Assembly (NCBI RefSeq): GCF_037042905.1
Contig: NC_087245.1
Coordinates: forward strand, 5,520,001 to 5,584,000
DNA: 64,000 nt
From: Lytechinus pictus
Taxonomy: Eukaryota
Direction of reading: 5' to 3'
The position numbers were made by a program, and so were the translations under genes. Numbering within the stretch: position 1 is the stretch's first letter; the number at the start of each line of letters is the position of its first letter. The notes under the pieces are model-generated. The model was not told where the DNA came from and made no database searches. It was given only the letters and a program-made list of their open reading frames with translations. Below, one piece after another: positions 35,101-47,100 of this stretch.

Positions 35101-38100
35101 TGTAAGTAAACGCTCCTCTACTTTTAATATTTTGATGTATTCAAGCGTTATCTTATGACAGGCGCGTAGCCAGGGGGGCAGTGGGGGCGGTCGCCCCCCC
35201 AAAAAAAAAAAAAAAGAAGAGGAAAAGGAAAAAAAGAAAAAGCAAAAGGAGAAAAGGGAAGAAAGGTATAGCTTTTGTTGTTTTTTCCTTCTTTTTTGGT
35301 CAAAAGAATAACCTAAACGAGACGTTCTCTCTTCATGCTATAAATTTGCTTCCGCGCTCCTCGCGGGAAAAATATCAAAATTGCCATTCCCTTTTGTTTC
35401 CCACACCTTTTCTCTACTCCGTTTTCCCCCTTCCCGGCCGTGGAAATCGTATATTATTGCCAGAAATTATAAGTATACATGGGTGTAGAGTATGAAAAGT
35501 ATTTTTTTTATATATTGCATTGATACAAAATTTTGGCTCTTCTGTTCGGAGCGGGTAAACATTACTGTCACTACCGAGTCCCCAAATGATTTTTTCTTCC
35601 GCTTTTCAGCAAGTAATTTTTGGCAAAGTGTCTGCTCCAAGGGAGAGGAAATAAATTCGTGCCGTGCTAGTTGCCATAGTATGAACGATATTAAGCTTTA
35701 TTCTATATCGCTGCACATCCGTCTCCTGCCTTGTTTTGCGTCATTGAATTGAAATTTTGAATATCACTGAACTTTCTTAATAAAAAAAAGGAGGCGCTTA
35801 ATACGAGCGAAATTTTTTTCTTCCAAAATAAATCACAGAGGTTTCCGTGCTTCGCGAGCATGGGAAAGGAAATGTCCCTCCTCTAGCTTGCATCATCCCT
35901 TTCACATTTTGAGCTCGTTTTTCTTCATAAATGAGCTATATATATAATCTAAGAAATATCAAAATTAGAACAGGTTAAAGTTTCAGATAAATTTCAAAAA
36001 ATCAAAGCGTTTGCCTTTAGCAGGAAGGAATAGGGCCTATTTTCTTCTGTATATACCCATTTTCTACTCTGTTTTGCGACTTGAGTTAACAAAATTTAAT
36101 GTTGATAAACCTTTTACACTCAAATCTGATGTGACCAAGATAGGCATATCATTTATGTTCTCTATTTTTATAAAACGTTTTAAGCTTCAAAGAGGAATTA
36201 TTTCAAATTCTCCAATCTTTCCCCATTTTGGGGGGAGCTCATAATTTCTTTCGAAAACAATTTTTTTTAATCACAGCAACTCTATTTGAGTTGATAAGGG
36301 TACTAGAGATGCAAGAGACGCCTTCTTTTGATTTGAATTTGATGAGATATCAAAAACTTCACGCTCCGCGCGGGAGGGGGGAAACTCCCCCTCCCTGCAC
36401 CCTCCCCCCTAGAGAGCGCACCACTTGGCATGCACTTACCACCCCCTCAAAATTTAAATCCTGGCTACGCGGTTGTCTTATGACAAAAACTGACAATTTT
36501 TTGTCAAAAGTTGCCAACCAATATTGTTGCCAATTTACATAAGTTGGGCTCAAACCCCTAAGGATAACTCGTATTTTGGCGCAACATTATTGTTGCCGAA
36601 TTCGTCGGTGCGTGTAGAGCAATGGCATGCCGTCCCAGGCTTCATGGAGAGTAAGCCTTCGTCAGTAAAATGACTTTTGCTCTCCTGGGGCTCGTTTCTC
36701 AACACCGTCATAAGTCTAACTTCTTGACTAAATCGGAGATAGTGAGCTACTTGTCCGCTAACCGTTTCACGAAGCCCTCTTTACCAAGATCGGGTACAAC
36801 AACCTCACTAAACACCTCCGAACTTGTCTTAACTTCTTTCTCAATGACGTAGTGGCATTACGTGGGTAGACTATGACATGCGAAAGTGCCTGGAAATTTT
36901 GAAATTATAATCTTACGTAATCAATCATAGTCATTGAATGCATTAACCCACTTGTTTTGTGATGTTATTTCAACCACTATGATAGTGGTTGAAATAACAT
37001 CACAAAACAAGTGGGTTAATGCATTCAATGATAATTGTAATACAAAGAAACTATAAAAACTGTTGGTAAACGCCACAAAACCATTCATTTTGAAATAGTA
37101 AAACGATTTAATCGATAAAGATTCTACCACGTCAGGCCATCCATAACTGAACTCGTATTTGTTGTTTTCAGACCCCTATTAACAATTGGATGAATTCTAT
37201 CTCTAATTTATGCATATAATTTGTCCAATTCATCATAATATTTGCAATTTTGTCATAATTTTTCTTTTTGAAAATTATGCTATTTTGTGACTAAGGCTAC
37301 GTCTCGTCTGCTCTTTTTACCGATAGTATCGATATCAAGGTATTCTAGTTAGAAGCCTTTCGAGAAACAGGTTTAGTAAGATTGGAACTAACTCCGTGGT
37401 TGGTGGATAAAGATATGACTAACTTGTCCATGTGTTGAGAAACGGGCCCCAGAAGCCTCCAGGCTACTTACTAGCCACAAAACACGATCTCACCCCCACT
37501 TCGCTATAATCATGACAATACAAACTGCATGACTTCACTTGACTTCATTTGATCGAATCAAGAACGCCACTAGCGCAAGCTTTATTTTAGCGAAGTACCA
37601 ACTAACGTAGAAGGCAGCACACGACTGTGTGTTGCTGCCCTCTACATTCGAAGATGTACAGCACGATATCAAAATGTCGGATAGGCGAAAGATGTTGACT
37701 GCTCAAAACGATGTCCAAAAAGCCCAAAACTTATCGATAAAACTTCATCCAACCCTAAAATAATGCAAATAACGTGAAAGGTGAGGATGTATTTATGCTA
37801 AATATGTTTGTGTAAAAATGTTATGTAACCATTTACATCCGAAGAATGCGGATTTTAAAGTGTTCTTGGTACAGTGGCAGATACAAATTTTGACCAACGC
37901 GAGTATGTGACATCGCTATAATGGATAAAAAATACGTATTGATTATTTTCTTTTGTCGATAGTTATCGATATCGGTAAGATATTTTTAGTGCGATATCGA
38001 CAGAGAATTTTCCTAATGATAACAGCCCTAATAAGCATATTATATTTGTTTATTGTCTTATTTCAGATAAAGTGACAAGTGAATCTAATACTGCAGAGGA

Positions 38101-41100
38101 CTGGGGACTTATTCTTGACATCTGTGACAGAATTAAGGCAAATTCTAATGCGTAAGTATTATCTAAAATCAAAGTATTAACAAATGTAATGACTGGATTG
38201 CTTATAGCACATTAATGAAATTTAAATGTTGAATTTGATATTATAGTGGCTTATTCCACCCAGGTGAAACCAAACAAACGTTATATTTATTCCTTTTCCC
38301 AAAGCTCTCCAAAGATGAAAATACCTGCAGCTGAGGTGGAAAATTGTCTTCAATGGTGTAGCGATTAAGTACTCGCGGCACACCTGGTTCAAGACATTTG
38401 TAGAAATTGATGTTAAAGGCTGAAAGTAATCCAATTTTGATTGACCTCAATGCCCCTCTTATTGGCCTTAACCCTATCTAGGCCGGGGTATTTTGGGAGT
38501 TCATATGGCCGGGGGGGCCTCCCAGGCCCCCCCTTGAGATCTTGGCTGTCGACCGCGCGATCGCACCGAAAATTGGCATGCGGGTTGTCTAGGACATAAT
38601 CTACAAAATTGTATAGTAATTTATTTCATGCGAATTATTATTAATGCGTAATTAGTATGCAAAATCTTACTTTTCCCTCTAACTCCCCAAATAAAGCTCC
38701 AAATGTTCTACTTTTTGGTATAGAAACTCTATGGTGTTCTGAGCAAGTGTACTTGAAAAAAATTGCGATATCAAATCATTTTCTTATGTATTATATTGTT
38801 TTTTGCAATTTCTTATGTATTTCTCTGTTTTTTTACCTTTTGTTTTTCATTGTTTTTTCAATGAAATTTGTTGGGGACTCTTCTGAGATCATAAAAGCAT
38901 AAAATAAATACATTTAGACCAGCAAAACTAATAACAATCATACATTTATGAATTTTGGTTGAAAACACAATTTGCATTGATTTTGTACACAAAACCACGT
39001 TTTTGAGCAATTTTTGGTCTGACATGCTCTTACATAATGTTGCGTAATTTCGGAACCACGTACCCGGGTGAAGCAAAATTGGTCTCAAAAGTTGCGCAAG
39101 ACTTGAAAGTAAAAAGTCAGTGAGCGGCACGTGAAAAAAATATCGCGCGATTCATTGAGGGGGGGGCCTCTGAGGCCCCCCCCCCCGGCCTAGATAGGGT
39201 TAAAGATTGTTGTGTCTTTTTTTCCCCTTTTTTTCTTTCTATTGTGCTGATATGTCATACTATACTTAAGTGGCCTTGCCCCCAAAATATTGAAAATTAA
39301 GGCCTGTGAGTTCACATATGATATACATGTAAGCCACTTTATTTTTCGTAAACTACATGTAAATGCAGTTATACAGTGGTTTTACATAGACATACATTTA
39401 GGCTAGAGATCATGTCTGCAAATCCATAAAGTAGAAAAAGTTTGATAAATTGACAAGAATACAAGAAGACTGACCTTAATTTGTATTGAGCAAAGCAAAA
39501 GTCTGTGCTTCATGTGTATTCAGGAGGAACATGCATAGCATCCTGGTTTCACAGTACAGTATTTTGTTTCTGCAGAATGAGGGGAGGGGGGTGGGGGAGA
39601 TAAGCAAGTGTAGGAGGGAGAGCAGTACTGGTATTTAGACTCCACTAAAGACGTATTTCAGATTGCAATAAAATAAGCATTAAATATCAGTGCATTACAT
39701 GTATGAAACCATGGAGAGTATTGATTTATGTTCACGTTTATGCTGTTAAAAAGAATTTAAACATAAATCTTTTATTCTCAGGCCAAAAGACGCTTTCAAG
39801 TCGATTATGAGGAGATTAAAGACCCCTAATCCACATGTCCAGTTGCAAAGTTTAGTGGTGAGTCAGTGTTCTATTCAGCACCTTTATGATTGAAGTTGAA
39901 AATGTCAAAATTAGAAACAAACAAATATCTACTTAACAACTGAATGTGAAAATAATCTTTTGATTATAATTCCACAGGGTGAAAATATGTTCGAAAAATT
40001 TATGAAATTCATCATAATTATACATTCATGTAAATTCTTCCTCTTACATCCCCAGTTATGGTAAGCTATTTTGGTATGTGGCTAGGAAGATTCTCTCAGG
40101 TCCCCTTAGCAAAATGGGGACACAAAATTAGGCTCCCATTGGTAGAAAATATAAGTTGTTACTTTGAGCGAAAAAATGTGGAAATGGAATACATATTTAT
40201 TACATAGATTGTTACGTGTTTACACAAAATATATAAAAAGGCATCAAGTTACCAGAAAATGATGGAGTAGAAAAAGAATAAAGATAAAAATAGTAAGATA
40301 AAATGAAAATGGAAAACAAACAAAAAGACAGAGAGGGGGGGGGAGGGGTCAAGGGATAAATACTAGAGAGTATAAGAAAGAAAGAATAGAAAAACATAAT
40401 TATAATTTAGTGTGTATGATACTAGCATGAATACCAGGAAGCCTATTTTGAAGTCAAAATATCAAAGGTCAAGGTCACAGTGACATGTTTTCATCTTACC
40501 CTTCTGAAGTCCTTGTAAATGCGATAACTTCATTTGAACTTAACCTAGGCTCATATAATTTAGTGTGTATGATACTAGTATGGATCCCAGGAAGCCTTTT
40601 GATTTTGAGATCAAAAGGTCAAGTTCACACTGACATGTTTTCATCTTACCCTTCTGGAGTCCTTGTAAACGCGATAACTTCATTTGAACTTAACCTAGGC
40701 TCATATAATTTAGTGTGTATGATACTAGTATGGATCCCAGGAAGCCTTTTGATTTTGAGATCAAAAGGTCAAAGGTCAAGTTCACACTGACATGTTTTCA
40801 TCTTACCCTTCTGCAGTCCTTGTAAACGCGATAACTTTAGTTGAACTTGACCTAGGCTCATATAATATGGTGTGTATGATACTAGCATAGATCCTCGCAA
40901 GTCTAGATTGATTTTGAGATGAGAAGGTCAAAGATGAAGTTGCCATCTTCCACTTCTCTTGCTTGACGAATGACTCCATTTTCCGTGTTACAGACAGGCG
41001 TATTATGTGCTCGCCTTAACGACACTCTTGTTTTAAATAAATTCACAACTTTTAATGTATAAGGGCCTATTTCTTGGACGTAATCAAGTATCACTGACCA

Positions 41101-44100
41101 TCTGGTATGAGTTTTGGGTCACATGATTGAGGTCAAGGGCCATTAAGGTCAATAATCTTTGACCATGTTGTGGTATCAGTATAGACAATATAAACAAGGT
41201 TAAGATTTGAATTTTCTGGATAATTTTGCAAGTATACCGTAAGTCCCTCTTAAGTGGACATAATTTTAGGTCACTTGACAAAGATCAAAGATCATTCGCG
41301 GTGAACAAACTAAGGCTTTCATTATCAAATGAATGTTTGTTTTTTCCCTATCTTTTTAAGAAATTGGTCATCAGAAATGCGTTGTTTTCAATGTCTGCAT
41401 TGCTGCTATATTTAATTGCGTAATGCAGGCAAGACTTCCTTAGGTGTTCCATTTGTTGAATGTTTATATCCCATTTCCCTTGCAGCTCCTTGGTGCTTGT
41501 GTGAGTAATTGTGGCAAGCCATTCCATCAGGAGGTAAGCTCAAGAGACTTCTGTGCCGATGCCAGGAATATTGTCAGTAAGGTGAGTGTGGCAAAAGAAA
41601 CGGGTATGGGATATACATGAAAAATGGTCTAAGAGACAAATAATACTGTATATACCGGTAATGAGTTGGACATATGAAAGAAGATACATCATTTACCTGC
41701 TGATAATGGCTAATTCGGTTGATAGCCTTATCATTTTACTTGTTCAGTGCACCGGTTCTGACAAAATTAAACCCAAATCCTATAAATGGAAACAATTAGA
41801 AACTAGGATGTTTTACCAATTCAACACCTACACAAATAAATAGCGTAACAACTAATATGACCTTTCACTAAAAAACAAACAACTTTACCAGCAGAACCTG
41901 ACCTTTCATAAAGAAAGAAATTGTTTGAAGTGGGCTGATGACTAACTGTACACAGTACGTGTATGGTCCACTATTGTAATTCATAAAATAAAGTAGTACC
42001 ACATAAGAATATTATTTAGTATTTCATCATAGTAAATTTCTTTCCCTCATTGGTATTATGCTTATATTCCTTGGAAGATTTACCTTTTTGTCTAGCCTGA
42101 ACGAAGTTTGGTAGAGACCTACATGTACATGTAGTTATCACTTTTCCTGTTGGTCCGTTGGTCTAGTGGTCTGTTACAAAAGTGTTATAGTTTTTGTTCA
42201 ACATGGTCTCATTTATTTATTTCTGCATCGATTGTTTTCATACTTGGTACAAATGATTCTTGAGTAGGACCACATGTGAGCTTATGAGAATGATGGGGTC
42301 AAAGGTGATCTAGGGGTCAAAACTCAAAAGGTCAAATGATATGAGGTAGTGTCCATCTTTTTTTCAAGTTTTTGTGCAACTTGCTCTCATTTTTTATTTC
42401 TGCATCAATTATGTTTATGCAATCATTGGGTAGTACATGTACCTTGAGGATGACAAGGTCATCTAGGGGTCAAAAGATCATATTAAATATTTTATTGATA
42501 GAAAAATCAGGTGAGGCTCATTGGTCATGGACCACCTTATAATGTCAGTCCTACATGTATAATACATTACATACATTTTGGAAGTTATGTAGTGCCTTTC
42601 CATAATCAAATGCTCAAAGCACTTTGCAATAACATACGGTATTAAAGATCTATTCTGCTCTCCTAGTGCTAATAATATTCATAGAGGACTACATTTATCA
42701 GAGAAAAATAGTGTTTTGAATATACATTTTTTTATACAAAGGACTCTTTGCAGTCGTGTGGGAATTCCCAAGACTGATACATGTATGACAACATCTATTT
42801 ACTCACGCGTGATGCCTTTGTAGTATGACTACATGTACGTGTACATGTAGTACCTCAGTGTGGTCTACACAGTAACATGCTGTGTGCCTCTGCAGTGTGT
42901 TCATAGTGTGAAATAATACAACATGCATGGCTTTTTTACATTCTGTGTAATGGGAAGACTACAAAGTTCATTAAACGTACAGGTATACATACGTGTACTT
43001 GTAATTTTGTATTGAATTGAATATTTTGATTTTTCTTTTCTGCCTCGACACAAATTCCCTGTAACTGGCACAAGTAAAATCTTTAAAAAAAAGATTTTTT
43101 TTTTTAATGTGATTGCACATTTTACATGGGTTATGCTGAATCTAAAAGAAGTCAAGGCAGACTTTACCTGCCAGTGTATTTAAACCTGATTAAAATAATT
43201 TATCATTCATTTTTAAGATATGCATGAATTTGTCATACTGTACTTTCTGCTAAATAATGTACAATTATGTTAAATGTACCTTGATTATTAGTGCTACTGG
43301 TAAGAAATATAAACATTTCTAAAGCCTTCCAAACTTAAATTTTCTCTCTTGCTTCATTGAACAGTTTTAATGTTAATTACCGGTAATCAGAAAAAGCTCT
43401 AGATTGATAGAGTATAGAAATTTAAAAAAAATAGCCAATTCACATGCAAATCAGCAACTTACTTACATGTAGATCATGTTTCCAATTCACTACCAAATGA
43501 GGGATTTTTTAAATCATTTATATTGTAGCGTGAAAGATTAGGCACTGATCAGATGCAATATAAAAAAAAGTGAGCACAGTACATTACATACATGTATTAC
43601 ACTGTACTATTGATTTTACGAACCAGTCTGAACCTACAGTAATTAAGGTCAAATTTTCAAAACTTTTTTTTACATATTCTAACAGCATGTCTTCAACTGC
43701 ATTGACTCACCCAATTTCAAATGTTATTATTTAAAGAATAAAAGAAGATTAAAATTTCGTTCGAACTGGACAACCCCAGTATCCCCCTCCTTTGATTTTA
43801 CAAACCATACTTTGCACACCATAGCAGTCTCCTGAATGGCAAGCAAAGGTCAAAACCATGACCTAAATATTGTGGGTATACATTGAAAAATTCTATGAAC
43901 TGACATAAACTATCTGCATAATACATGTTTTTTTTTTGTAAACATAAACAATTTCTGAAATGCCTATAAACTGCACTTCATTTCAAATATTGAACAAAAT
44001 AAATTTGAATTGAGAACAAATCTTGCACATGTATAAAATGATAAAATAGATGCTTTAAACTGGTATGAATAATTGATTTTCTTCAAAACATGAAGTAATG

Positions 44101-47100
44101 AGCGTCAGACAGAAAAACATCCAAACTATAAACAGATTATTGTAAAGTCGCGTTTTTTAGACCAGCCAAGGTTTAGGCAAACAATAAGTATACCTGTAAT
44201 GCACCGTGCATTTTAATATGCCCTCTGTACATGTATATATAAAAAAAAAAGTTATTGCCCCTGAGGCCAAACCACAGAATTTGGTCAGTGACTCACTTTG
44301 TCCTGAATCATTATTGTATCCTTACTGTAACTAGCTCTTCTGACACTTTGAAACAATATGGTTCAGTGCTCAAGTTCAATTTGCAAAATTTCATCATTCC
44401 TATAATTAAAAAATTTTCATACTATATTCTTTTATTCAAATTCACCAAGATGGGTTGGCTTTATTCCGTGAGCTGAATTTATCTTTTAGGTTTTAATTTT
44501 GAATATTATGAAATTAGGTTATTTCTATGCCCAGGTACATGTACGTGTATGTTTCCCGAGATTTATTCAGATAACTGGGTTCTCAAAATTTATCAAATAG
44601 TATGGATTTTTACCAGTCTTTGGCTCTCTTATAAAAAGTCTGTCCATTCACATGACACAATTGCAACTCCTACTTTCCGGTTCGTAATCACAGATATATC
44701 TATGTTGTCTTCTATAAAGGAGGCCAGCATACTTGTATTATACACTCTTTGTTGCTTTAGAGGGTGAGATTCTTGAAAATTCACATCACGATTGAGGATT
44801 GACGGCATAGAGATTGCATGCTTGGCAACCGCCTTTCATGGAAGACATCAAATCCAGACGAGAAAATTAAAGATTACTTTATCAATTCCGCTTCCATAAT
44901 TTTGTTGATTTAAGCTATGATTTTGAATGCCTTGAAAACTATCTAGATTGAAACAACATTGAAAATTACACAATTATTAGTGGGTATTCTTTGTACCTAG
45001 AGGAGGTGTTCTTGACTCATCGGCTATAGTGAAAATATATTCATTTTGATATTTTTGTAACAAGAGACATAGAGACTATTCACTGACTATATCAAGTTAA
45101 AGGAAAGATACACATTACATTGATAAGTGTACTGCATTTAGCTTGGTTTTGCATAAGATTCGGTTAAATGCTCCATCTGGGTGCTTGATTCTTTGACTCT
45201 CTAGACATAATAAATTTGTTCTTTTCAGGGCCATCCTAAGGTTTCTGAGAAGATGAGACTATTACTGAAGGACTGGTCAGAGAAAGAAATGAAGAATGAT
45301 CCCTCATGCAGGTATGGTCAGGTGACTGTGTGACAAGGTCGCTTGTTTGATAAATCTATTGTTTTTTTAATATATTTATTTATGGTTCCCAAGTTGTAAT
45401 ACATTTTGTGGTGCATTACATGTATGTGTACATGTACATTATTTGGTTTTATAAGAAATATTATCTCCAAACCACTTTACCCTATGATTCTCATTCAAAG
45501 TCCTTGTTATATGACAGATTATGCACATCTATATAAAATGACTTTGAGAGCCCCTTCAAAAGCAGAAATGAACCACCAGCATTAACAGCGCCACCTCAAG
45601 TCCTAGTTCCTCAGATCTGGCCAACATAGGGCAGCATTCTCGGCTGTGTAGTCTTGTAATATATGCCACTTGAGTAACACAATGATTCACTTCTCAATAC
45701 ATTCAAATCATACTAATTAAATGTATATATCAAGTCGCAAAATAAGAACTATCCTATAAAAAAACATTTTAGTTTCTCTGTATGAAAAGATTATAGGCTA
45801 ATTAATTCTCTGTATATTATTGATGGTTATCTCAAAATGTACATTTTTAAGACTAGTTATATATAACACACCGTTAGATATTACATTGCATGTTAGTCAG
45901 TTCACTCCCCCTTTAAAGGCTTGATGGGGAAGTTACATTATATTGTAAATAATTTATGGCTTTCAACCCAGTAAATGAGATTGCATATTTTGATCTGATA
46001 CATTGTAAATCTTGGAACCAGCAGGATTTGAACCTCTCATCCACCGGTCAGTGACTCTACCAACATAAAATACATCAATTGAATTTACAATGTAATGTAA
46101 CTTTACTCAGCAACCCTTTATCATTCAATTTCAGTGATGGCCTGGTGGTAGAGTTGTTGATTGCCAATCAGTAGATGAGAGGTTCAAATCCTGCTGGTTC
46201 CAAGAATTGTTCTGACTCATCAGATCGAAAAATATGATCTTATTTACTGGGTTGAAAGCTATGAATTGTATTTACAATATAATATCAGTTTTATCATCAT
46301 ATGGCCTGACTACTGATAAAGTTGTACTTTCACAATTCACTTACTATTTTCAAGTGCCCAGTTTAGTCATACATAGACTAGAACATGTGACAATTATTAA
46401 TTATCAATCCTCATGTTATCACAATTTATCGTTTTTCTTTTTATTTCTTATATCTAGTCTAATTACACAGCTGTATAACAGTCTTAAAACAGAAGGGTTT
46501 GGTTTCTCTTCATCAGATGATACACCTGTGAGTATTCCTCGTGTTATTATACAAATAATGCACTGTTGTATGAAGTGTGTTATAGCAGAAACAGTGTACA
46601 ATGTTTCATCATTGCAAGTGAAAGGACATGTACCAAAACAGATCAGTGCATGATTTGTTTTGTAAGAAAGATATCAGAAATGCCATCTGAACATATATAC
46701 AACAATCTTATCTAGACCCAAAGCCTAATGTGCATAAAATGTTTTCAAAATACATGCTTTAAAGAAAAAGTCTGTCAAACATATTATTCCAAATATGAAA
46801 AAGATCTTGTAGTGTTGATAGATGTTTGAAAGTCTCTTCTATCAGGTGATGCACACACACACAAAAATAATTCATTCTTGAGCAAACACTTTTTAGTGTG
46901 ACAAATGACCTTGCACCAAAACGAATGGTATAGGACAGTGGAAGCCACAGTCTGAATTAAGTACTTTTTCCTGCAGCAAGCTATTTTGCAGTATGCAAAT
47001 ATCATTCTGCATTATATAGAATACTAATTTTCTTAATTGTTTTAGGCAGAAATTAGGGGCGATTCAAGAAAATCTGGTTGCCCCAATGCATCTCATTTGG

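Noticed and set aside
35074..35101. ATG plus donor as STAM coding exon 1
   Set aside because: Wrong phase for exon 2 and no similarity to STAM N-termini; [13 protein letters not shown] at 20113 fits.
40485..40790. 101-aa ORF with an internal duplication
   Set aside because: Translation of the ~150-bp tandem repeat.
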